Positions 12,133-22,384 of a DNA stretch of 64,000 bases are shown here, one piece after another. Position 1 is the first letter of the stretch. Every line of letters starts with the position of its first letter. The stretch spans positions 29,062 to 93,061 of the forward strand of contig CAVRKN010000020.1 of assembly GCA_963721535.1 (NCBI GenBank), given 5' to 3'. The position numbers were made by a program, and so were the translations under genes. Source of the stretch: an uncultured Chloroflexia bacterium. Lineage in GTDB: Bacteria > Chloroflexota > Anaerolineae > Anaerolineales > Anaerolineaceae. A model generated the notes under the pieces. It was not told the origin of the DNA. It saw nothing but the letters and a program-made list of their open reading frames with translations, and made no database searches.

Positions 12133-13250
12133 GCGTTTCTCCTGTACTCAAATTCAGTATGGTCGCGCTCAGCTTTGCGTTGCAGTGCCAGGTCCACCAG
12201 GCGTTCGATCAGTGCCGGGTAGGGCAGTCCGCTGACTTCCCACAGCTTGGGATACATACTGATGCGAGTAAATCCTGGAATAGTGTTGACTTCACTGATG
12301 TAAACAGAAAGGTCATCGGGGTTGACCAGAAAATCAACTCGGGCCATACCGGCGCAATCAATGGCCCGGTAGGCTGCCACCGCGATCTGTTGAATTTCCG
12401 CGACTTTTTCTGCGGGTAGCGGCGCCGGGATTAATAATGTGGAATTGTCCGAAAGGTACTTGGCCGAGTAGGTGTAAAAATCTTCGCCTGGAACCACTTC
12501 GCCCGGGGTAGAGGCTTGCGGCTGGTCATTGCCAAGCACGCTGACTTCGATTTCGCGGGCATTGGACAAACCTTTTTCAATAAGAACACGGCGGTCGTAA
12601 CGCGCGGCTTCCATCAGCCCTTCGAACAGATCGGCATGCGAGCGGCATTTGGTGATGCCGACTGAGGAACCCAAATTAGCCGGTTTGGTGAACAATGGAT
12701 AGGCTGAGATGCCTTCGGCGGAAGTGATGACCTTCTCGATCTCGCTTTCGATTTGATGGCGGGTGACTACCAGCGCTGGCAAGACGGGCAGTTGGTTGGC
12801 CTGCATCACTGACTTAAAGACGCCTTTATCCATACCGAGCGCGCTGCCTAATACACCGGCGCCAACATAAGCAATTCCAGCCAGTTCGAACATGCCTTGC
12901 AGGGTGCCGTCTTCGCCGAAGGTACCGTGCAGCGCCGGGAAAACTACATCCAAATCGGTATATTTTTCCAACGAGTCGGATGCGGCTGTGCTGGTGTGAC
13001 GGTACAGACAGTTATGACCGGGTTCGGGCAGCAGGGTGACGCGCTCCAATTGGCTCAGGTCTCCGGACTCGAGCGCATTCAACGCCTGCGGGCCGGCGTA
13101 CCACAAGCCTTGGTGATCGATGGCGATCTGAATGACGTCGAAGCGGTCAGGGTTGAGATTGGCGAGAATCGAACGTGCCGACTGGAGTGAAACTTCATGT
13201 TCACCCGAGCGGCCGCCGAATAGTACGCCAATCCGTGTTTTTGCTGTCAT
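12129..13250 (-). CDS. ddl: D-alanine--D-alanine ligase
   Basis: GGRSGEHEVS, LHGTFGEDG, GSSVGI, EVNTIPG, SMYPKLW. Confidence 0.96.
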   Translation of the reverse strand: MTAKTRIGVLFGGRSGEHEVSLQSARSILANLNPDRFDVIQIAIDHQGLWYAGPQALNALESGDLSQLERVTLLPEPGHNCLYRHTSTAASDSLEKYTDLDVVFPALHGTFGEDGTLQGMFELAGIAYVGAGVLGSALGMDKGVFKSVMQANQLPVLPALVVTRHQIESEIEKVITSAEGISAYPLFTKPANLGSSVGITKCRSHADLFEGLMEAARYDRRVLIEKGLSNAREIEVSVLGNDQPQASTPGEVVPGEDFYTYSAKYLSDNSTLLIPAPLPAEKVAEIQQIAVAAYRAIDCAGMARVDFLVNPDDLSVYISEVNTIPGFTRISMYPKLWEVSGLPYPALIERLVDLALQRKAERDHTEFEYRRNA

Positions 13251-14218
13251 CCAGAGATCCTCTTTTCTACCAATTGTGTTTCACCATCCCATTCCCCTAC
13301 GGGTTCGATTTCCAATTCCAGCATGATGCCGAATTTTTCGTTAACTGTGCGGCGAACCTGCTGGATGAGTATCCAGTAATCACTGGCAGTGGCTGATTCA
13401 TCATTGACAAAGAAATTGGCATGAACCTGGCTGACCTGTACCCCGCCCACTCGTGTACCTTTAAGCCCCGCCGCTTCAATCAGCCGCCCGGCATAGTCAC
13501 CCGCCGGATTTTTGAACATGGAGCCCAGGCTGGCGCCTGGAGGTTGGGTGCTGCGGCGTTTGGCGGATAACTCTGCGATGGTGCTGGTGACAGATTCTTC
13601 GGAGCTGGGCTGCAGCCGCAAACGGGCTGCCAGGATGACGGCCTGACCTGGATTTTGTTTGAGTACACTGCTGCGATATTCGTACTGCATCTTTTCGGGG
13701 GTCCAGAACTGCCGTCCTTCTACCGGATGCAAGATTTCTGCCAAAATTAGGGCCTGCTGCATGTCGCCGCCAAATGCGCCGGCATTGCCGTAGAGTGCGC
13801 CGCCGAGTGTTCCGGGGACGGTAGCTGCCCATTCCAGGCCGCTCAAACCGCGCAGAGCTGCCCGGCGGGCGATGGTGGCAAGGATGGCGCCTGATTCAGC
13901 CCAAACCGAAGGCGGATTACTGTTGGCATCCACTTTAATCTGGTGGGCGCGGTTCAAAATGACCACCCCGTCAATACCCTTATCGCTGACCAGCAAGTTA
14001 GCGCCGCTGCCAAAGATGAAGAAAGGAACCTTGAGCTGCCACAACACTAGAACGGCTTTTTCCAACTCTTCACCGCTGCCAACCGCCAGCATGGCGGCGG
14101 CATTGCCGCCAACCCGCGCGGTGGTATAGCTGGACATCGGCACATTTTCCTGCAAATGTGTGCCCAGCTGCTCGCGCAGTGCCTGGATGGGGAGGTTGCT
14201 CAACGGTTTGGCCATCAT
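13247..14218 (-). CDS. murB: UDP-N-acetylmuramate dehydrogenase
   Basis: GSGANLLVSD, VPGTLGGALYGNAGA, GSMFKNP, HANFFVN; start uncertain (14218/14215). Confidence 0.93.
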   Translation of the reverse strand: MMAKPLSNLPIQALREQLGTHLQENVPMSSYTTARVGGNAAAMLAVGSGEELEKAVLVLWQLKVPFFIFGSGANLLVSDKGIDGVVILNRAHQIKVDANSNPPSVWAESGAILATIARRAALRGLSGLEWAATVPGTLGGALYGNAGAFGGDMQQALILAEILHPVEGRQFWTPEKMQYEYRSSVLKQNPGQAVILAARLRLQPSSEESVTSTIAELSAKRRSTQPPGASLGSMFKNPAGDYAGRLIEAAGLKGTRVGGVQVSQVHANFFVNDESATASDYWILIQQVRRTVNEKFGIMLELEIEPVGEWDGETQLVEKRISG

Positions 14219-14225
14219 TGGGTCG

Positions 14226-14417
14226 CTAAAGGTTCTTGATCCTTTCAATCAAGCGAAACAGGGTGGAATCGGCGGGTGAAAGTGGTTTGATAACTCCCGC
14301 CAGGGTTTCAGGGTAGGATGTTAAAAATGATCCAAAGTTGATTTCATTTAATTCTGACCGCAGGCCCTTGGTAGTTTTTGTGGCGTTGCTGCGGATCGAC
14401 TTTTGCGTCTTAGTCAT
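14226..14417 (-). CDS. Small hypothetical protein (63 aa) between murC and murB
   Basis: ATG overlaps the murC end, SD GGAGG upstream, ORF fills the whole gap to murB. Confidence 0.5.
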   Translation of the reverse strand: MTKTQKSIRSNATKTTKGLRSELNEINFGSFLTSYPETLAGVIKPLSPADSTLFRLIERIKNL

Positions 14418-15789
14418 GGATATCCTCCATGCTCTTGAGTTCGGCGTACACTGCGGCGCTGATCTGATCAGCATCGCCGGCGGAGAGAACCAGCAGCACG
14501 TCGCCGGGTTGCAGCTGCTCAAGCAGATATTGCGTGGCAGCCGGCAGGGTGGGAGCGAAATAAGCCGAAGGATGCGCCATGCTTTCAACAATTGCCGCGG
14601 ACGAGAACCCTTGACCATGTTCACGGGCGGCATAAACCTCGGTTATTACCACGCAATCAGCCAGCTTCAAAGCGGCTATAAACTCATCCAAAAGCGTGAT
14701 GGTGCGGGAAAAAGTGTGCGGCTGCCAGACTGCCCAGATCCTGCGACCTGGGTAGCGCGCGCGGGCAGCTGCCAATGTGGCTCGGACTTCAGTGGGATGA
14801 TGCGCATAGTCATCCACCACAACGATTTGCTGAGCTTCGCCTAAAACTTCAAAACGGCGACCGGTGCCTTCAAATTCGGCCAAAGCTTCGGCAACCTGGT
14901 CGAGAGACAGGTTTTGGGAGTGAGCCACAGCCAGGGCAGCCAGGGCGTTGAGGGCATTATGTTCGCCCGGCACTTGCAGGCTGATACTCGCCAGAATTTC
15001 ACCGTGATGGACGACTGTAAAGTCAAAACCACCGCATGGGTTCGGTTTCAGGTCTTCCGCCCGATAGTCAGCCTCAGTGTGTGCGCCGTAGGTCAGGGTG
15101 CGAATGTCATTTCGGCTATGGTTTTTTGCCAACCAACTGGCGCCCTTATCATCCGCGCAAACCAGCAGCAGGCCATCCGGCTCCAGCCTTTGCACAAACT
15201 TGACAAAAGCCTCATTGTAGCTTTCGCGAGTGGGAAAGCAGTCCGGGTGGTCATGCTCGAGGGTGCAGACCACTTCGACCTGCGGGCTCAACCCAAGGAA
15301 CATGTTGTCATATTCGTCCGCTTCGATCACAAAGACCGAACCGCTGCCGGCGTGGGCATTGCCGCCCAGGTTTTTGGCGACGCCGCCAATAATATAAGAC
15401 GGTTCCTGGCCCAAACGGGTGAAAATCCAGGCGACCATGGCGGTGGTAGTGGTTTTGCCATGCGTTCCAGCCACCGCGATGACGCTGGATCCTTCCATCA
15501 ATTGACCCAGGAATTCGGAGCGCTTGAGCACCGGGATGCCGGCAGCCTGGGCAGCCAAAACTTCCGGGTTGTCGTCCGGGATGGCGGAAGAGCGTACCAC
15601 CAGATCGGCCTGGACGACGTTTTGCGCGTCATGACCGGCATATACCGTCACACCCTGGGCGGAAAGTTGACGCGCCAGCGGTGAGAGGGTGCGATCGGAG
15701 CCGGAAACGGTGTACCCGCGCTGTTTTAGCAGCAGCGCGATGGCCGATAATCCGGTACCTCCAATGCCAATCAGGTGAATGTGTTTCAT
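14410..15789 (-). CDS. murC: UDP-N-acetylmuramate--L-alanine ligase
   Basis: HLIGIGGTGLS, GTHGKTTT, EADEYD, DDYAHHPTE. Confidence 0.96.
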   Translation of the reverse strand: MKHIHLIGIGGTGLSAIALLLKQRGYTVSGSDRTLSPLARQLSAQGVTVYAGHDAQNVVQADLVVRSSAIPDDNPEVLAAQAAGIPVLKRSEFLGQLMEGSSVIAVAGTHGKTTTTAMVAWIFTRLGQEPSYIIGGVAKNLGGNAHAGSGSVFVIEADEYDNMFLGLSPQVEVVCTLEHDHPDCFPTRESYNEAFVKFVQRLEPDGLLLVCADDKGASWLAKNHSRNDIRTLTYGAHTEADYRAEDLKPNPCGGFDFTVVHHGEILASISLQVPGEHNALNALAALAVAHSQNLSLDQVAEALAEFEGTGRRFEVLGEAQQIVVVDDYAHHPTEVRATLAAARARYPGRRIWAVWQPHTFSRTITLLDEFIAALKLADCVVITEVYAAREHGQGFSSAAIVESMAHPSAYFAPTLPAATQYLLEQLQPGDVLLVLSAGDADQISAAVYAELKSMEDIHD

Positions 15790-16328
15790 CAGATGAAGAC
15801 CACCATGACAAAGACGAATGCGATAGCTACCGCGAAATAGATGGCGGGAGATCCCAACCAGGCGGGCGGCAGAAATGCCATTAACCGTTCGGCAGCCTGC
15901 CCCATGGCGGTGGTGGCGTCTGGCCGAACAATGATTTCAAAGGGGTAATTGGCATTTTGCAGGTAGAACCAGACCGTGCCCCAGATCATGAAGCCATTGA
16001 CAGCGCCCAGGAAGAAGCCCAGCAGCACATCCTGCAGCCGTTCGCGTACGAAACGACCGCTGGAAGCAATTTTAGGCAGGTTGGGGGTCTGATAACCAAA
16101 GAAGACCAGCACTGCCAGGACCACCGCGCGCAGCCAGAAGAGTTCTGTCGGTGCGGTGATCGCCAGGGTGTTATTGATGAATGGAACGAAGCGTTCCAGT
16201 ACGGTCATGATGAACATGGACAGGATCACGCCAAAAGTGACCAGGATCTCGCGTGCCCAGCCGCGGACACCGCCGATCAGGGCAAACAGGCTTACCAGGA
16301 TCCAGAAAACAGCGTTGATACTAATCAT
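15789..16328 (-). CDS. CvpA (colicin V production)-like membrane protein
   Basis: Four to five hydrophobic segments, G..RGWAREIL start and D.LLGFFLGA.NG pattern typical of the CvpA family; overlaps murG and murC. Confidence 0.65.
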   Translation of the reverse strand: MISINAVFWILVSLFALIGGVRGWAREILVTFGVILSMFIMTVLERFVPFINNTLAITAPTELFWLRAVVLAVLVFFGYQTPNLPKIASSGRFVRERLQDVLLGFFLGAVNGFMIWGTVWFYLQNANYPFEIIVRPDATTAMGQAAERLMAFLPPAWLGSPAIYFAVAIAFVFVMVVFI

Positions 16329-17430
16329 GGGCAGATCCTACCTTTCCGGCAGCTGCCAGGTCGCACAGCAGGCTGGCGATCGTACTGGCTGCCTCGGGTT
16401 TGGCCATGGAATGCATTGCCCGACGCATCGAATCTAATTTTTGCGTATCTTTCAGAAGACTGAGGACAGAAGGGATCAAATCGGTGGGCAATTGATGATC
16501 TTCAATGACCTGGGCAGCCCCGTGTTTTGCCAGATAGTCGGCGTTGACTTTTTGATAGCGCCAGGCATACGGATACGGTACTAAAATAGCCGGCAGGCTG
16601 AAGAATGGATATTCACCCAGTCCGGAAGCTCCGGCACGGGACACGGCTAAATCCGCGCTGGCCAAAGCCGCACCCATCTGCTCATGCAGGTAAGGGTAGG
16701 CGTGATAACGGTTCTGTTGTTCAGTTGTCAGAGTTTGCCGGGCAGCCTCGACTTCGGCCCAATCCAACTGACCGCTAATATGCACGATTTGGGTATGCGG
16801 TAGCAACTCTGGCAGTGCGGCGATCAGTGCCCGATTGATGGAACGCGCACCCTTTGAGCCGCCAAAAACCAGTACAACTGGCGACCCCAGGTCCAAGCCC
16901 AGTGCCTGCCGTCCGCTTTCACGTGTCCAGGCTTTATATTCTGGCCGGATGGGGTAGCCGCTGATAACCAGCTTTTTACTTTTGGCGAAATAGGCTTTGG
17001 ATTCCTCAGCGGTCAGCGCGATGCAGTCGGCAAAGCGCGCCAAAACTTTGAGTGCCAGGCCGGGTTCAATGTCCGGCACATACAGCAGAGAGGGGTAGCG
17101 TCGGGCTGCCAGCGCCATGGGTACAGCCACATAGCCGCCGGTGAACATCACCACGTCCGGGCGGAAATCTTTCAAAATGCGGCGGGAGGCCAGAGTACCA
17201 CGCAACAGACGCAGCAGGTTCCCCGGCAATGCGCGCAAACCGACGCCATGCACGCCAGCCGCGGGAATGCCGGTGAAGGGGATATTCAGGCGGGTTACCA
17301 ATTCGGTTTCCATGCCTTTTTCCCCGCCAACCCAGAGAACTGGGTTCGCTTCATTACCTGATGCCTGTAGAACCGTGAGGGCGGGATACACGCCCCCCCC
17401 GGTCCCCCCGGCGCAAATTAACAACCGCAC
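16321..17430 (-). CDS. murG: Lipid II GlcNAc transferase
   Basis: GGTGGGVYP, TGGYV, FGGSKGA, SRAGAS; GTG start at 17430 inferred. Confidence 0.95.
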   Translation of the reverse strand: MRLLICAGGTGGGVYPALTVLQASGNEANPVLWVGGEKGMETELVTRLNIPFTGIPAAGVHGVGLRALPGNLLRLLRGTLASRRILKDFRPDVVMFTGGYVAVPMALAARRYPSLLYVPDIEPGLALKVLARFADCIALTAEESKAYFAKSKKLVISGYPIRPEYKAWTRESGRQALGLDLGSPVVLVFGGSKGARSINRALIAALPELLPHTQIVHISGQLDWAEVEAARQTLTTEQQNRYHAYPYLHEQMGAALASADLAVSRAGASGLGEYPFFSLPAILVPYPYAWRYQKVNADYLAKHGAAQVIEDHQLPTDLIPSVLSLLKDTQKLDSMRRAMHSMAKPEAASTIASLLCDLAAAGKVGSAHD

Positions 17431-18601
17431 CGAATGACCTGCCTTCCTGTTCCTGCTTCTCGCGCGAGGAAACCCGCGCAACAGAGAAAATCAATCCGAC
17501 CGCGCCCAGGGTCATGGTCAAGCTTGACCCGCCAGCGCTAATGAAGGGCAAGGCGTTACCCGCGAAGGGGAATAAGTTGACCATAACGCCCATGTTGATG
17601 ATGGCCTCCATAACAATCCAGCAAGTGAGGCCAGAGGCCAATAACTTACCGGTGAAATCGGTGGCACGGGAGGCGATTTTCAAACCGCGCCACATGAAAA
17701 CTAAATACAGCAGCACCACAGCCGCTGCGCCCAGCAGGCCGGTTTCTTCGGCGATAACCGCGAAGATCGAATCGGTGTGCGATACCGGCAGGCTGAACTT
17801 GGTGGACCCTTTCCCGATGCCTACTCCAAAGATTCCGCCTCGTACAACGGATTCGATGGAACGCTGGATGTGCAATGAGGCGGTAGCCGGGTCCTGTAGA
17901 CCAGCAACATATTGTTGAATGCGCATTTGACCGGTGTCCGATACCGCGATGATCAACGCGCCCAGGATGCCAACGATCAAGAAAATCAGTAATATTTGCT
18001 TGATTTCGACTCCAGCCAGGAAAAAGAGCAGCATGCCCAGCACACAAATGGTGATGGTGGCGCTGATATCCGGCTGCAGCACAATCAGGCCGGCGGTCAA
18101 GCCGAGGATTACCGCCATGGGGAACAGGCCAAACTTCATATTATTGAGGACTTCGCGTTTGGAAGTCAGCCAGTATGACAGGTACATGATGATGACGACT
18201 TTAGCCAGTTCGGACGGCTGAATTGAGCCGCCCAGCAGCGTGCGCTTGGAGTTGTACCGCATCTCGCCGAAGATCAAGACTGCCACTAACAATGCCATCA
18301 TGATTAACATGATCGGCACAATATACTTGCGCCAGCGCCGGTAATCGATATACATCAATATGGTTGCCGCAGCTACACCGATCACCACCCATTTCAGCTG
18401 GTTGATCAGGTAGTATGCCGGTTCTTCTTCGCGCAGCATGGAAGGCTGCCAGCTGGCGGAATAAACCATCAATAAGCCGAAGCCAAGTAAAAAGGCCACC
18501 GACAACAACATCGGGACATCGATCCCCAGACGCACCGGGCGCGGGGAGGTACCGGCTTTGACCGGACTAACTCTGGAATTTACTGCAGCCTGTTCACCCA
18601 T
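17354..18601 (-). CDS. ftsW: SEDS peptidoglycan glycosyltransferase FtsW
   Basis: MVYSAS, QPSELAK, QPD, SHTDSIFAVIAEE.G, LPFISAGGSS. Confidence 0.94.
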   Translation of the reverse strand: MGEQAAVNSRVSPVKAGTSPRPVRLGIDVPMLLSVAFLLGFGLLMVYSASWQPSMLREEEPAYYLINQLKWVVIGVAAATILMYIDYRRWRKYIVPIMLIMMALLVAVLIFGEMRYNSKRTLLGGSIQPSELAKVVIIMYLSYWLTSKREVLNNMKFGLFPMAVILGLTAGLIVLQPDISATITICVLGMLLFFLAGVEIKQILLIFLIVGILGALIIAVSDTGQMRIQQYVAGLQDPATASLHIQRSIESVVRGGIFGVGIGKGSTKFSLPVSHTDSIFAVIAEETGLLGAAAVVLLYLVFMWRGLKIASRATDFTGKLLASGLTCWIVMEAIINMGVMVNLFPFAGNALPFISAGGSSLTMTLGAVGLIFSVARVSSREKQEQEGRSFGAVVNLRRGDRGGRVSRPHGSTGIR

Positions 18602-19962
18602 AATTGGTAGGCTTCTCCTCTTTCTTCAAAATCATTAAATTCGTCGTAGCTGGTGCCGCCCGGCGAGAGCAGGACAACACTGCCAGGTTCCGCCACATCG
18701 GCAGCCGCCTGAACAGCGGTTTCCAGGTTGCCGCAATGTTGAATGGTGTAGGGTAGGCGGTCCGCTCGCACTGGACCCAGAGCTGCCAATATTTTGATAC
18801 TGGCTTCGCCAAAAACCACCGCATGATCGACGCGCTCATGGACTAAAGCAGCTAAATCCTCCCAGGGCAGGTTTTTGTCGCGTCCGCCAAGCATCAGCAC
18901 AATCGGTTCGCTAAAGGAACGGATGGCAGCGCAGGTTCGCTCCGGAGCCGTGGCGATCGAGTCATTGTAGTATTTCACGCCGCGCAGTTCTCGTACCAAC
19001 TGCAACCGGTGGGGGACGCCGGCAAAACCGCGAACGCCAGCAGCCACAGCTTCTACCGAGAAACCAGCAGCAAAGCCGATCGCCCCGGCTGCCAGCACAT
19101 TGGCCAGATTATGCTCTCCGCGCAGCAGAATATCTGCCTGTGACAGGAAAGGTGTGATCTTTCCAGCCGCTTGCCAGATCAGCTGTCCGTTTTCGAGGAA
19201 AGTACCGGTTGCGCCAGTATCGGGACGTTCAAAGCCAAAACTAACCAATTGACCTTTTACTTTGCCGGTTAATTCCCAGGAACCTGGATCATCGCGATTG
19301 AGGATGCTGACGCTATCCGCCGGCTGGAACTCAAGGATGCGAGCTTTAGCGGCGGCATACGCTTCGAGGGTGCCGTGGCGGTCCAGGTGATTGGGGGTAA
19401 TGTTTAGAACAGCGGCAATTTGCGGAGCAATGGTCATCAATTCCAGTTGGAAGCTGGAGAGCTCCACAATCGCCAGGTCGGACGGTTTCATGGCGTCCAA
19501 TTGATCAATCAACGGCGTGCCAATGTTGCCACCGACCCAGGCGCGGTTCGGTGATTGGACATGCGCCTGCGCCATCCGCCCGACCAAGGTAGTCGTGGTG
19601 GTTTTGCCGGCGGAACCGGTGATGCCGATCACCGGGCAGGGGGCAGCTTCCAGGAATAACTGCGAGTCATTCGACAGTGGGATGCCGCGTCGCGCAGCTT
19701 CGGCAGCCAGCGGCATATCCAGCGAAACCCCGCCGGAAAGACAAACCAGATCGGTGTGATCCAGCAGATCTAGCGGATGTCCGCCGAGTGCCCATTGCAC
19801 CGGTAAATCCTTCAAGGAGTCGACGGCACTTGCCAGCTTATCTGAATTGCGCTGATCGTTTAACGTCACTACAGCCCCACGGCTAACCAGATAGCGCGCC
19901 AGCGCCAGCCCTTGCCGGGCGGCGCCAATAATGAGGACGCGTTGACCCTTCCAGTTACGCAT
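18580..19962 (-). CDS. murD: UDP-MurNAc-L-Ala--D-Glu ligase
   Basis: ITGSAGKTTT, GGNIG, ELSSFQL, HLDRH, NDSIAT, LLSPG; ATG 19962 just after mraY. Confidence 0.95.
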   Translation of the reverse strand: MRNWKGQRVLIIGAARQGLALARYLVSRGAVVTLNDQRNSDKLASAVDSLKDLPVQWALGGHPLDLLDHTDLVCLSGGVSLDMPLAAEAARRGIPLSNDSQLFLEAAPCPVIGITGSAGKTTTTTLVGRMAQAHVQSPNRAWVGGNIGTPLIDQLDAMKPSDLAIVELSSFQLELMTIAPQIAAVLNITPNHLDRHGTLEAYAAAKARILEFQPADSVSILNRDDPGSWELTGKVKGQLVSFGFERPDTGATGTFLENGQLIWQAAGKITPFLSQADILLRGEHNLANVLAAGAIGFAAGFSVEAVAAGVRGFAGVPHRLQLVRELRGVKYYNDSIATAPERTCAAIRSFSEPIVLMLGGRDKNLPWEDLAALVHERVDHAVVFGEASIKILAALGPVRADRLPYTIQHCGNLETAVQAAADVAEPGSVVLLSPGGTSYDEFNDFEERGEAYQLWVNRLQ

Positions 19963-19964
19963 GG

Positions 19965-20957
19965 TCACACCGCCGCCAGTGCCACGCCGAGCATGGCGAA
20001 TAACAAACCGATCAACCAGAAACGCTGCACCACCTGAGTTTCGCTCCAGCCGCCCAATTCGAAATGGTGGTGTAGCGGTGCCATACGGAACAACCGCTTT
20101 CCTTTCGTGCGGCGGAAATAGATGATTTGCAGTACATCGCTGAGCGCTTCGCTTACCGGGATGATGGCAATCACTGGTAGCAGCAACCATTGACCAGTCA
20201 TCAAAGCGACCACCCCGAGCACTGCACCGAGCGCCAGGGAGCCAGTGTCACCCATGAACAATTCCGCTGGATGGACGTTGAACCACAGGAAGCCGAAAAT
20301 GGCGCCGACCAGGGTAAAGCAAAACCGCGCCAGGAAAAGTTGATTTTGCAGTAACGCGATACCGCCGTAAGCGGCAAAAGCCGTGGCGGCTATCAACCCG
20401 GCCAGCCCATCCAGACCATCGGTGAAATTGACCGCATTCGACATGCCAACAATAATGAAGGTGGCGATGGGGATGTACCAATTTCCCAATGGAATGACCG
20501 CTTCCACGCCTGGCCAGTACATTTCCGGGACTTGCAGCAAGTATTTAAGCGCGAAAGCAATAGCAATCGCCAGCACAACTTGCAGCAAGAATTTAGTGCG
20601 AATGCGCATTCCCAAACCGCGCCGCGGCCCGCGAATGCCTTCCCAATCGTCGACAGCGCCGAGAACCGCGAAAGCCAGCAGCGCCAGTAGCGGCAGTAGT
20701 ACAGAGCGGCCCAGCACCGGTCTACCGATCAGCGAAACAGCATTTAATAGCAGGGTTACTAATGTGACGGGCAAAATAATCATGACCCCACCCATGGTGG
20801 GAGTTCCCATTTTGGAAACGTGACTCTCTGGGCCTTCCACCCGGATCATTTTGCCGATACGGAAGTTGCGTAGAACACGCAGCAACGGTGGGCCCCAGAT
20901 GATGGCCAGGGCAAATCCAAGAACGCTTAAGGACAGCGCGACGGAGGTGCTGCTCAT
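19965..20957 (-). CDS. mraY: Phospho-MurNAc-pentapeptide transferase
   Basis: GTPTMGG, NAVNFTDGLDG, FMGDTG, MAPLHHHFE. Confidence 0.97.
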   Translation of the reverse strand: MSSTSVALSLSVLGFALAIIWGPPLLRVLRNFRIGKMIRVEGPESHVSKMGTPTMGGVMIILPVTLVTLLLNAVSLIGRPVLGRSVLLPLLALLAFAVLGAVDDWEGIRGPRRGLGMRIRTKFLLQVVLAIAIAFALKYLLQVPEMYWPGVEAVIPLGNWYIPIATFIIVGMSNAVNFTDGLDGLAGLIAATAFAAYGGIALLQNQLFLARFCFTLVGAIFGFLWFNVHPAELFMGDTGSLALGAVLGVVALMTGQWLLLPVIAIIPVSEALSDVLQIIYFRRTKGKRLFRMAPLHHHFELGGWSETQVVQRFWLIGLLFAMLGVALAAV

Positions 20958-22375
20958 TCCTGAACCTCCAGCGCTGCCGCGATGCGATCCATGCGCAAGC
21001 CGTGCGAACCTTTAATCAGCGCCACATCTCCGGCAACCAATAAGTCCTGAAGCACTTTAATCGCCTGCGGGACATCATCACAGTTCAGGATGGCATCATC
21101 GGTCAACCCGGATTCGCGGGCGGCATTGCCGATCAATTTTCCCAATTCGCCGACCGTGACCAGCACATTGGCGACTTCAGCTGCCCGACGCCCAACCATT
21201 TCGTGCCCTTCGGCTTCGTATGGACCCAGTTCGAGCATATCGCCGAGTACAGCCACCTTACGCCCGTCGATTTCTTCCAGAAGGTTAAGAGCCGCCAGAG
21301 TAGATTCAGGGGAGGCGTTATACGAATCATCTACCAGCAACGCGCCTTTGTCGGTATTGACCACCACCAGGCGCAATTGCGAATGGCTGCGGCGTAACCC
21401 GGCAATAATTTCACTCCAGGTCATGCCTTCCACAATCCCAACCGCAGCTGCTCGCAAAGCGGTGTGCACGGAATGGCGCCCGATTAACGGAATGCGCACA
21501 TGCAGGACTTCGTTTTGGAAATGAATTTGGAAAGTGATGCCTTTGAGGCCGAGGCTTTCAATGTTGTCCGCCCATAGATCAGCACGTGGATCGAGCCCAT
21601 AATAAAACACGTTGGCACGGGTCTGCTCAGCCATTGGCTGCACCCACGGATCGTCGTAATTGAGGATCGCGACGCCATCCGGAGCCGGCGGCAGAGCCTT
21701 TACTAATTCTGCCTTACCTTTGGCGATCGTTTTCTGCGAGCCGGCGCGTTCCGCGTGGACCGTGCCAACATTTGTGATCACCCCGATTTGTGGCAGCGCC
21801 AGGTCGCACAAGAAGGTGATTTCGCCGGGTACGTAGAATCCCATTTCCAGCACCGCGACCTGGTGACCCGGGCTAAGATGCAGCAGTGTTAATGGCAGGC
21901 CAATCTCATTGTTGAGGTTGCCGGGGTTTTTGAGAACACGGTAACGCATGCCAAGCACTTCGGCAATCAATTCTTTGGTGGTGGATTTACCTACCGAACC
22001 CGTAATGCCGATAACATGAAGATCATGCTTACGCCGCCAGAAGCGGGCAATGTCCTGGAGTGCCTTAAGCGTGTCGTCCACCCGTACTACAAATGGCGGC
22101 ACCGGGATGGTCATTTGCGGTCCAAGACTGCCCTGACGCAGGTCGATCACCGGGCAGTGGAAATCAATTTCGCGTTGGATCAGAGCCAGGTGTGCGCCTT
22201 TTTTGAAAGCTGCTTCGACGTAATCATGTCCATCGACCCGTTCCCCTTTTAAGGCAACGAACATGCCAGCCGGGATTACCTGCCGTGAATCGATTGCTGC
22301 CTCGCTGATGAGCAGGGAGGCGGCTTCGGGGCGGGTGCCGGTGAGGGCTTCGAGTACGTCGGCGAAAGTTAGCAA
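20954..22375 (-). CDS. murF: UDP-MurNAc-tripeptide--D-Ala-D-Ala ligase
   Basis: IDSR, DGHDY, ITGSVGKSTTKE, NNEIGLP, DDSYNASPES, GDMLELG, KGSHG. Confidence 0.95.
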   Translation of the reverse strand: MLTFADVLEALTGTRPEAASLLISEAAIDSRQVIPAGMFVALKGERVDGHDYVEAAFKKGAHLALIQREIDFHCPVIDLRQGSLGPQMTIPVPPFVVRVDDTLKALQDIARFWRRKHDLHVIGITGSVGKSTTKELIAEVLGMRYRVLKNPGNLNNEIGLPLTLLHLSPGHQVAVLEMGFYVPGEITFLCDLALPQIGVITNVGTVHAERAGSQKTIAKGKAELVKALPPAPDGVAILNYDDPWVQPMAEQTRANVFYYGLDPRADLWADNIESLGLKGITFQIHFQNEVLHVRIPLIGRHSVHTALRAAAVGIVEGMTWSEIIAGLRRSHSQLRLVVVNTDKGALLVDDSYNASPESTLAALNLLEEIDGRKVAVLGDMLELGPYEAEGHEMVGRRAAEVANVLVTVGELGKLIGNAARESGLTDDAILNCDDVPQAIKVLQDLLVAGDVALIKGSHGLRMDRIAAALEVQE

Positions 22376-22384
22376 AGCGTTTCC

